From contig CAZTPK010000001.1 in NCBI GenBank assembly GCA_964614765.1, forward strand, positions 397 through 26,721: DNA of 26,325 nucleotides, given 5' to 3'. Below are positions 20,024 through 26,325 of this stretch, piece by piece. The translations under genes and the position numbers were made by a program. How positions within the stretch are numbered: the stretch's first letter is position 1; each line of letters begins with the position of its first letter. This DNA is from an uncultured Gammaproteobacteria bacterium. GTDB taxonomy: Bacteria; Pseudomonadota; Gammaproteobacteria; JAJPIJ01. The notes beneath the pieces were generated by a model. It was not told the DNA's origin. It did not search any database and saw nothing but the letters and a program-made list of their open reading frames with translations.

Positions 20024-20143
20024 TAGGCCCGACTGCAGTGACAGTGTCGCAGGTAGTAAAAAGAAGTTCCTCATGGTCTCCTTGCACTGCCCCCCGATAC
20101 TCTGCACGACACCCTTGGCGAAAAATCAGTGGAGTTTATTTGC

Positions 20144-20350
20144 ATGGCTACCGGTACCGTGAAGTGGTTCAACGAGGCAAAAGGTTACGGCTTCATCACA
20201 CCGAGCGAGGGTGGTGACGACGTGTTCGTCCACTACTCTGCCATCAAAGGCTCTGGCTTCCGCACCCTGCAGGAAGGCCAGAAGGTGAACTTCGAAGTGC
20301 AGCGGGGCCCGAAGGGTCTACAGGCGGCATCGGTAACGCCCGAGGGCTGA
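20144..20350 (+). CDS. csp: Cold-shock domain protein (CspA family)
   Basis: [18 protein letters not shown] (RNP1), DVFVHYSAI (RNP2), GPKGLQA. 68 aa from ATG 20144. The paralog letter cannot be assigned. Confidence 0.97.
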   Translation: MATGTVKWFNEAKGYGFITPSEGGDDVFVHYSAIKGSGFRTLQEGQKVNFEVQRGPKGLQAASVTPEG

Positions 20351-20377
20351 CCCCAGCCGTCGGTCCGGAACATCGGC

Positions 20378-20406
20378 AACCCCGCCGGCGAGCGGGGTTT
20401 CTTTTT
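20378..20406 (+). terminator. Intrinsic terminator after csp
   Basis: AACCCCGC-CGGCGA-GCGGGGTT stem-loop followed by TCTTTTT. Confidence 0.85.
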
Positions 20407-20494
20407 GTCGTCCTCGCTTTTCCTGTTCACCCGGTTCGCATAAAGTAGAACGGCGTCGAGCTTCGACGCCTGCAGTGAGTCACAGAGTCCCTTC

Positions 20495-21355
20495 ATGCCC
20501 TCTGCCGCTCAGAAACACGAACTGGAATCCAACAAGCTCGCCAAACGCCTGCGACGGAACGCCGGTCGCGCGATCGAAGACTTCAACATGATCGAGCACG
20601 GCGATCGGGTCATGGTCTGCCTTTCCGGCGGCAAGGACTCTTACACGTTGTTGGATGTACTGTTGTCCCTGCGGCGCAGTGCCCCGGTGGATTTCGAGAT
20701 CGTAGCGGTGAACCTGGACCAGAAGCAGCCCGGCTTTCCGGCGCATGTGCTTCCGGACTACCTTCGCGACCTCGGGATACCGTTTCACGTCATCGATGAA
20801 GACACCTACAGCATCGTCGAGCGCGTCGTTCCCAGGGGCAAGACCATGTGCGGTCTGTGCTCACGCCTCCGGCGCGGGATCCTCTACCGATTCGCGCGCG
20901 AGCACGGCATGACGAAGATCGCCCTTGGTCACCACCGCGACGACATTATAGAGACGCTGTTCCTCAACATGTTCTTCGGAGGCAAGCTGAAGGCGATGCC
21001 GCCGAAGCTGAGAAGTGACGACGGCGCGCATATCGTCATCCGGCCACTTGCCTACTGCAAGGAAGAGGACATCGCCGAGTACGCCGATCAGCGCGCCTTT
21101 CCGATCATTCCCTGCAATTTGTGCGGGAGCCAGGAGAATCTGCAGCGCAAGCAGATCAAGGCGATGCTGAGGGAGTGGGATAAGCATCACCCGGGAAGGC
21201 TCGAGACAATCTTCTCCGCGCTACAGACGGTCAGTCCCTCGCATCTGGCCGATCGCTCCCTGTTCGATTTCAGGTCGCTGGGCAATGGAAGGGACAATGG
21301 AAGCGGGCGCGCGGTGAAAGGGTGGTTGATCCCCTCTGACGACGAATTGGCTTGA
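20495..21355 (+). CDS. ttcA: tRNA 2-thiocytidine(32) synthetase
   Basis: PP-loop [43 protein letters not shown]. Confidence 0.97.
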   Translation: MPSAAQKHELESNKLAKRLRRNAGRAIEDFNMIEHGDRVMVCLSGGKDSYTLLDVLLSLRRSAPVDFEIVAVNLDQKQPGFPAHVLPDYLRDLGIPFHVIDEDTYSIVERVVPRGKTMCGLCSRLRRGILYRFAREHGMTKIALGHHRDDIIETLFLNMFFGGKLKAMPPKLRSDDGAHIVIRPLAYCKEEDIAEYADQRAFPIIPCNLCGSQENLQRKQIKAMLREWDKHHPGRLETIFSALQTVSPSHLADRSLFDFRSLGNGRDNGSGRAVKGWLIPSDDELA

Positions 21356-21465
21356 GGCGAAGGCACGCATCGCAGAATCAACGCGGGCCGGGCGGGCGCT
21401 GATGTTCAGGCAGGGCCGGGGCTGACACCTCGCTGGCGGACTGGTACTGGCCGCTGCCGCGGAGG

Positions 21466-21490
21466 AAAAAAAAGCCCGCCTGAGGCGGGC
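21466..21490 (-). terminator. Intrinsic terminator of the minus-strand orphan gene
   Basis: Minus strand reads GCCCGCC-TCA-GGCGGGC followed by TTTTTTTT. Confidence 0.9.
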
Positions 21491-21528
21491 AGAGGTCCCA
21501 ACGAGAAGGGAACAGCGACAAATCCGGT

Positions 21529-21795
21529 TCAGACCGCCTGCAGCCGATCGCCCATCGTACGCAGCAGTCGCAGGATGTACTGCTCGCGCGAACGGTACAG
21601 CGCGCGCAGCTCGGCGAGGTTGTGGGGCTCCATCTGCTTCAGGTCGCGGAGGCGGTTCTGGTAGTAACGCAGGTCTTCGCGTAGCTGGGCGCGCGTCCGT
21701 TCGAGCAAACCATCGAAGTACGGCGTCCCCCCGGGCAGGGAGTTGCTGTAGGCCTGCGCCCGCGCGGTGTTATCGACGACCAGCTGTAATCCCAT
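21529..21795 (-). CDS. Hypothetical 88-aa helical protein (MGLQLVVDNT...)
   Basis: GAGG SD upstream of ATG 21795, GC-rich third codon positions, own terminator, sigma54-like promoter upstream. No family recognised. Confidence 0.7.
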   Translation of the reverse strand: MGLQLVVDNTARAQAYSNSLPGGTPYFDGLLERTRAQLREDLRYYQNRLRDLKQMEPHNLAELRALYRSREQYILRLLRTMGDRLQAV

Positions 21796-21865
21796 ATGCC
21801 CTAGCCTCGTTATCGATGGTGTCCCTGAAGTCCCACACGCCTGCCTGTGTGTGCGATAGACCCAT

Positions 21866-21882
21866 TGCAGCCCGTGTGCCAA
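21866..21882 (-). promoter_or_regulatory. Sigma54 (RpoN) -24/-12 promoter for the 88-aa orphan
   Basis: Minus strand TTGGCACACGGGCTGCA against consensus TGGCAC-N5-TTGC(A/T): exact GG-N10-GC spacing, one mismatch. AT-rich tract directly upstream. Confidence 0.7.
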
Positions 21883-22067
21883 GGCCGGAGGCGCCGCTGC
21901 ACCGTAGATCCGATGGGCGGTGAACAGACTTCATTTCATGAGACTGAGGACGTTAATTAAAGTGAAGTATCAAGAAAGATGCGGCCTGCCCCACACCGGC
22001 CGGCGTGCCGCGAACGACGGCAATGTCGGGGCCAGACGACAGGCGGCGCCGGCCGCCGGGCTCATGC

Positions 22068-24038
22068 CTAACGCACCAGGTCCTTCAGCGACGCCAACAC
22101 CCGGCGGCCCTCCTCGGGAGAGGCCTCAGATTGGTCGTCGACCCCGATCCACTCCAGGTCGTCTGCCGGTAACTCGCTGATAAAACGGCTTATCCGGCAC
22201 TCGCGCGTCTCCCCGTAACGGCGCCGGGAAGCTGCCCAGGTGAAGGTCAAGGTCGATCGGGCTCGCGTAATGCCGACGTAGGCGAGCCGCCGCTCCTCAT
22301 CGATATCGCCAGCCTCCAGACTGGCGCGGTGCGGCAGCAGTTCCTCCTCCGCCCCGACGAGGTAGACGTGCGAGAACTCCAGACCCTTGGCGGCGTGCAG
22401 GGTCATCAGGCGCACCCGGTTGGACTGCTCGTCGGCGTCGCGGTCGGCCAGGGTTTCCATCAGGGCGAGCTGGTCGAGGACCTCCGGCAGAGGCCGATCC
22501 CCGCTCGGCGAGGAGGACAGGCGGGCCATCCATGCCAGGAGCTCCTCGACGTTGCCGTAGCGCCGCTCGGCCTCCGCAGGGCTGTCGGCCTGTGACTCCA
22601 GCCATCGGCGATAGCCGATGGTCTCGACGATCTCCTTCAGCAGCGGCACTGCAGGTTCGCCCTCCGCGCGTTCGGACCACCTGGACACCTGCGCCGCGAA
22701 GTCCCGAACCCGCGCACGGACGCGCTCGCCCAGGGTGCTCAGAAGCTCCTCGTCCCAACAGGCATCGAACAGGCTCGCGTCGCGCCTCCGCGCGTACGCG
22801 ACCAGCCTCTCCACCGTCGCCGGTCCGATCTCCCTCCGCGGCGTGTTGACGATCCGCAGGAACGCACCGTCGTCCGTCGGATTGGCAAGCAACCGCATAT
22901 ACGCGAGCAGGTCCCGTACCTCGCCGTACTCGAAGAAGGAGGTTGCGCCGCTCACGGCGTATGGCACCCGGTGCTCCCTCAGCGCCTGCTCGAATGGCCG
23001 GGACTGGTGGTTGCCGCGGTAGAGAATCGCATAATCGCCATAGTCGCCTCGAGCCATCAGGCGGTGATGCAATATCTGCGCGATTACCCTGCGTGCCTCG
23101 TCGTTCTCGTCATCTGCTCGTATTACGCGGATGGGATCACCGAGACCGAGGTCGCTCCAGAGACGCTTCTCGTAGACATGCGGATTCTGTCTGATCAGGT
23201 GATTGGCGGCCTTGAGGATGCGGCGTGTGGAGCGGTAGTTCTGCTCGAGCATTATCACCTCAAGCGCCGGGTAATCCTGCGCGAGCAGCTGGATATTCCT
23301 CGGCTGCGCGCCGCGCCACGCATAGATCGACTGGTCGTCGTCACCAACCACCGTGAACCGCGCCCTGGATCCCGCCAGCAGCTTCATCAAGTCGTATTGC
23401 GCGCCGTTGGTGTCCTGATACTCGTCCACCAGCAGGTATCTCACCCGGTTCTGCCAGCGCGCGCGGATCTCCCCGTCGCCGGCCAGCAACCGTCCCGGCA
23501 GCGCGATCAGGTCGTCCAGGTCGACCGCATTGCGCGCTCGCATCTGACGCTCGCACTCCTTGAGCAGCGCCTGGATTTCTCCCGGCGGAGGCGCTTGCGC
23601 CTCCCCCGCATTCTTGCAGCGAGAGATCTGCTGTTGCGTCGTCAGCACGCGCGGGTCGTTCGCGTCGCAGCCCAGGATCTCCGCGAGCAGTTGGCTGACA
23701 TCCTGCCCGTCGTAAACGGTGAAGCGCGGTCGGTATCCGAGGTGCGCGATCTCCTCCCGCAGGATGGCCAGGCCGAGCGCATGGAAAGTCGACACCCTCA
23801 ATGCCGAGAGGTCGCGTCCCTTGATGCGCTTGCCGACGCGATCGCGCATCTCGCGCGCCGCCTTGTTGGTGAACGTGACCGCCACGATCTGCGCCGGATC
23901 GAGCGCACCGCGCTCCAGCAAGTAAGCGATCTTCTCGGTGATCATGCTGGTCTTGCCGCTGCCGGCGCCGGCCAGGACCATCAGCGGCTTGTCCAGGCAG
24001 CGCACCGCGGCGCGCTGCGCGGCGTTCAACTCGCGCAA
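22068..24038 (-). CDS. rep: ATP-dependent DNA helicase Rep (UvrD/Rep superfamily 1)
   Basis: LAGAGSGKT, VTFTNKAAREM, LVDEYQDTN, VGDDDQSIYAWRG, LEQNYRST, LMTLHAAKGLEF, EERRLAYVGITRA. Short Rep-type C-terminus (GRRVLASLKDLVR) rather than a UvrD tail. TTG start. Confidence 0.9.
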   Translation of the reverse strand: MRELNAAQRAAVRCLDKPLMVLAGAGSGKTSMITEKIAYLLERGALDPAQIVAVTFTNKAAREMRDRVGKRIKGRDLSALRVSTFHALGLAILREEIAHLGYRPRFTVYDGQDVSQLLAEILGCDANDPRVLTTQQQISRCKNAGEAQAPPPGEIQALLKECERQMRARNAVDLDDLIALPGRLLAGDGEIRARWQNRVRYLLVDEYQDTNGAQYDLMKLLAGSRARFTVVGDDDQSIYAWRGAQPRNIQLLAQDYPALEVIMLEQNYRSTRRILKAANHLIRQNPHVYEKRLWSDLGLGDPIRVIRADDENDEARRVIAQILHHRLMARGDYGDYAILYRGNHQSRPFEQALREHRVPYAVSGATSFFEYGEVRDLLAYMRLLANPTDDGAFLRIVNTPRREIGPATVERLVAYARRRDASLFDACWDEELLSTLGERVRARVRDFAAQVSRWSERAEGEPAVPLLKEIVETIGYRRWLESQADSPAEAERRYGNVEELLAWMARLSSSPSGDRPLPEVLDQLALMETLADRDADEQSNRVRLMTLHAAKGLEFSHVYLVGAEEELLPHRASLEAGDIDEERRLAYVGITRARSTLTFTWAASRRRYGETRECRISRFISELPADDLEWIGVDDQSEASPEEGRRVLASLKDLVR

Positions 24039-24113
24039 GGAGGGGACTCGACGTTGGGATACGGGGGCAGACCGGATTATACCGCCCGCACGGGGTCGGC
24101 CGTAGGCTTGACT

Positions 24114-24638
24114 TCAGGTTGGGGTGTCGATCGCCGGGAAGTCGTAAATATCTCCCGCCATCCAGGGCCTGGCGGCGTCGTCGGGATCGACGAGCGTCTT
24201 GAACAGCTGAGTGTCGGAGTGCCTGAGGCGCCGGCTGACCTCCCTGGCCAGATTCATCAGCAAGATAGTGTACTGCTGGCGATCCATCTTGTAGATCTCG
24301 TACATGTTCGTGGTCGAGATCTCGATGGCGGTGCAGTCCTGGCGCGCGATCGCCGATCCGCTGCGCGGTCCAAGATCGAGAAGCGTAAGTATGCCGAAGC
24401 AGTCGCCGACCGAAATCTTGCGCAGGAAGTACATCTGCTGCTTCCAGCGCTTGACGATATCGACTTCACCGTGCTCCAGCACGAACACGGAGTCACCCGG
24501 ATCATTCTCGCGGAAGAAATAGCCGCCAGCGGGGCGGGCGACGATACGGGTGAATCTGAGCAAGTAGCTCAGAACCTCCTCGTTGATGCCGCCGAAGATC
24601 GGCATTCCCTGCAGTAACTGCAGCTGCGTCGCGGTCAT
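24114..24638 (-). CDS. Stand-alone cyclic-nucleotide-binding domain protein (no HTH)
   Basis: AGGTGA SD, ATG 24638, LQGMPIFGGI, FFRENDPGDSVFVLEHGEVDI, GDCFGILTLLDLGPRSGSAIA, hinge helix NLAREVSRRLR. 174 aa. Confidence 0.88.
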   Translation of the reverse strand: MTATQLQLLQGMPIFGGINEEVLSYLLRFTRIVARPAGGYFFRENDPGDSVFVLEHGEVDIVKRWKQQMYFLRKISVGDCFGILTLLDLGPRSGSAIARQDCTAIEISTTNMYEIYKMDRQQYTILLMNLAREVSRRLRHSDTQLFKTLVDPDDAARPWMAGDIYDFPAIDTPT

Positions 24639-24669
24639 CGTCACCTGTCGCCCTGCGTACCGGGCGAGA

Positions 24670-24698
24670 ACAATAACCGCGGGGTCAGCAAAACACAA
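24670..24698 (-). promoter_or_regulatory. Candidate sigma70 promoter for the cNMP-binding gene
   Basis: Minus strand TTGTGT-17 nt-TATTGT. The -35 coincides with the T-tail of the upstream terminator. Confidence 0.45.
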
Positions 24699-24727
24699 CC
24701 CACGCGGGCCGGAGCCGTCCGCGTGGG
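24690..24727 (-). terminator. Probable intrinsic terminator after the His/Tyr-rich gene
   Basis: Minus strand CCCACGCGG...CCGCGTGGG 9-bp stem followed by TTGTGTTTT. Confidence 0.65.
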
Positions 24728-24751
24728 GCGTCGGGAATCGCGAATCGTGAC

Positions 24752-25204
24752 TCAGTCGTCCCGATTGACGAAGGTGCGGCTGCCGCCCCGGCGATCGTCA
24801 TGACCGCGATCGCGATGGTATCGGTCGCCGCCATCCCGCCAGTGATGGTGATAACCGTCACGCCGGCCATGATGATCCGGCCGATGTGGATCGAAGTGCC
24901 CGTGGCGCGGATACCGATCGGAGTGACAGTGCCGCGGTTTGTAATGGCGATGGTAGTGCTGCGGCGTGTAGTGATGATAATAGTCCCGCGGCGTGTAGTA
25001 GTGATAGTAATGCCTGACGGGCGGCGGGTAGACAGGCACCGCGTGGACCACGGTCGGGTAAGGGTACGAATAGTAGCGAGTCGCCGGGAAGCCGCTGCTG
25101 AAACCGAAGTTGAAATATACGTTGTCCCGAGCCCAGCTCGTGGACGGCAGCAGCGTCGCCAGCACCATCGCAATGCAAACCAGCATTCTGTTCAGGGCGC
25201 GCAT
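24752..25204 (-). CDS. Secreted His/Tyr/Pro/Arg-rich low-complexity protein
   Basis: Strong SD (AAGGAAGGTGAGG), ATG 25204, Sec signal (MLVCIAMVLATLLPSTSWA), then NVYFNFGFS, YPPPV and a His-rich tail. 150 aa. The ORF-track extension to 25546 overlaps the next gene. Confidence 0.8.
   Translation of the reverse strand: MRALNRMLVCIAMVLATLLPSTSWARDNVYFNFGFSSGFPATRYYSYPYPTVVHAVPVYPPPVRHYYHYYTPRDYYHHYTPQHYHRHYKPRHCHSDRYPRHGHFDPHRPDHHGRRDGYHHHWRDGGDRYHRDRGHDDRRGGSRTFVNRDD
24934..25014. repeat. Three imperfect 27-bp tandem units encoding HYYHYYTPR / DYYHHYTPQ / HYHRHYKPR
   Basis: GCGGCGTGTAGT occurs at 24961 and 24988; a diverged copy GCGGTTTGTAAT starts at 24934. Confidence 0.75.
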
Positions 25205-25244
25205 GAGCCTCACCTTCCTTTCGCAGGATTGCGAATCGCGGCCC

Positions 25245-25278
25245 ACTCTAGGACCGATGCGCTGAATTACCGCTGAAT
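25245..25278 (-). promoter_or_regulatory. OmpR/PhoP-family direct-repeat box with downstream -10 element
   Basis: Minus strand ATTCAG-CGGTA-ATTCAG (plus CTGAAT at 25273-25278 and 25262-25267), 11 nt, then TAGAGT (25245-25250). Confidence 0.65.
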
Positions 25279-25293
25279 TGGCGCGCGCCCGTT

Positions 25294-26025
25294 CTAGTAG
25301 GTATTCCGACGCGGACGGCCGTAGGCGTCGCCGGGCAACCTGAACGGCGTGGTCCGGCCCACGAGAGCCTCCAGCAGTTCCAGTTCCTCGTCGGTGTGAT
25401 CCTTGAACGGAGCGGGTTCGATGCGTCTGCCGCTGCTGCCGGCGGCGAGCACGTAACGCGGCGCATCGTGATGGGTGGCACTGATGACCTCGCTGCTTTG
25501 CGGATCGCCGACGGCGGCGATCTCCGTCGTACCATAGCAGGTGCACACGTAGCTGCGATCCGGCTCCGACTCGAGATATACGCCCGTGCCGCGTACTCCA
25601 ATCGTGGCGGTCACGGTCTCGAGGCGGTGCGGGGATCGACCGAACACCGACAGCAGCCGCCCCGTTACCAGCCGCAACGTCCCCACCGCGAACTGCTCGG
25701 CTCCGGCAGCGATCATCTCCAGCCGACTCTGACCCCTTAACAAGAAAGCATCCTTGCCGACGACGAACACCAGTCTGCCGTCCGCATCGGTCTCCACCAC
25801 GTCGCTCGCACGGATCAATGTCGCGGCATTCAGCGGGCGTCCGTTGACGCGCACTCCGCCGGAATGGGCATGCACCGATCGCCCCGCCGGGAGGGGTCTC
25901 GGCACGGTACCGAGCAGACCGGCTGCAGCGTCTCGCGGCCGTCCCAGCATGTATGCGCCCGTCGCGAGCAGGGCGATCAGGAATCCCCGGCGTGGGTCGT
26001 CCACTTCCCGTCCCCGTGCACTCAT
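25294..26025 (-). CDS. Tat-signal FecR-domain periplasmic protein with CTC/HH/H motifs
   Basis: GGGAGG SD, ATG 26025, twin-arginine PRRGFLI and DAAA cleavage site. FecR-like DVVETD...LRLVTG...TATIGVRGTG, then YVCTCYG, THHDAP, KDHTDEEL. 243 aa. Confidence 0.8.
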   Translation of the reverse strand: MSARGREVDDPRRGFLIALLATGAYMLGRPRDAAAGLLGTVPRPLPAGRSVHAHSGGVRVNGRPLNAATLIRASDVVETDADGRLVFVVGKDAFLLRGQSRLEMIAAGAEQFAVGTLRLVTGRLLSVFGRSPHRLETVTATIGVRGTGVYLESEPDRSYVCTCYGTTEIAAVGDPQSSEVISATHHDAPRYVLAAGSSGRRIEPAPFKDHTDEELELLEALVGRTTPFRLPGDAYGRPRRNTY

Positions 26026-26139
26026 GTCGTCCTCCCGTAGACCTGCACGGCCCGAACGCCGCGCGTCAAACGATAGCAGCAGTATGGCCGGTTTGCATCG
26101 GCTTGAGTGTAGCCGGCCGCGGATACACAATGACGCGTC

Positions 26140-26325
26140 ATGGGGATCGCCTCCCGCACCAGCGCTCGATACAGCCACGCGACGGCATCGGCCCTGTTGG
26201 TCCTGGCGTTGGTCGGCTCGGGCCCCGGCGCCCGCGGGCAGAGCCGTTATGTCGACGTCTCGCTGGATTACCTGCACGACGACAACATCGGGCGTGCCGA
26301 GCTCGACCGCGACACACTCGAAGAC
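26140..26325 (+). CDS. Probable exported/outer-membrane beta-barrel protein, 3'-truncated by the window edge (absent from the ORF track)
   Basis: My translation from ATG 26140, open to the end: MGIASRTSARYSHATASALLVLALVGSGPGARGQSRYVDVSLDYLHDDNIGRAELDRDTLED. This reads as a signal peptide, an alternating beta strand (YVDVSLDY) and a DDNI.RA motif. TTGAGT-17-CACAAT upstream. Confidence 0.6.
   Translation, partial: MGIASRTSARYSHATASALLVLALVGSGPGARGQSRYVDVSLDYLHDDNIGRAELDRDTLED

Noticed and set aside
19906-20217. 103-aa plus-strand ORF in the SDR/csp spacer
   Set aside because: It overlaps csp out of frame and its promoter/leader; no SD or motifs.
21920-22180. 86-aa plus-strand ORF beginning in the AT-rich tract
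   Set aside because: GTG start without SD, overlaps the rep 3' end, and the tract is better explained as sigma54 upstream regulatory DNA.
22971-24617. 548-aa plus-strand ORF opposite rep and the cNMP gene
   Set aside because: Antisense shadow spanning two real genes and their spacer; no SD, no motifs.
24685-25276. Thr/Ile-rich and Val/Met-rich alternative ORFs over the His-rich gene
   Set aside because: Other-frame and antisense readings of the same CAT/TAC-rich repeats; only the 25204 frame has an SD, signal peptide, promoter box and terminator.
1-26325. rRNA, tRNA, CRISPR, IS, integrase, prophage or anti-phage defence genes
   Set aside because: No cloverleaf, repeat-spacer array, transposase/integrase motif or defence-family protein recognised. 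dgt is the housekeeping-context type, and rep has no defence neighbours. A covariance-model scan (Infernal/tRNAscan) would be needed to exclude small ncRNAs.

Overview
High-GC bacterial chromosomal window. Gene content and order point to a non-enteric gammaproteobacterium (inference). Left to right: 5'-truncated dgt, damX (AAA-TM-SPOR), gltB-gltD, hemE; a convergent minus-strand operon miaB-phoH-ybeY-corC-lnt with srkA appended; a divergent accessory pair (orphan Rap1a/Tai-like protein, 2-TM orphan); a minus-strand operon of a pteridine-reductase-type SDR, rimB-like protease and rimK, divergent from a cold-shock gene; ttcA; an 88-aa orphan with a sigma54-type promoter and structured 3' UTR; rep; a stand-alone cNMP-binding protein lacking the conserved pocket Glu; a secreted His/Tyr-rich protein behind a PhoP/OmpR-type box; a Tat-exported FecR-like protein with Cys/His motifs; and the truncated start of a probable outer-membrane beta-barrel gene that is not in the ORF track. 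I saw no rRNA, tRNA, CRISPR array, transposase, integrase or phage gene. Best leads: SDR-rimB-rimK/csp, the sigma54 orphan unit, and the 24.1-26.3 kb envelope/cyclic-nucleotide cluster. All family calls come from motif recognition by eye; no database searches were run.
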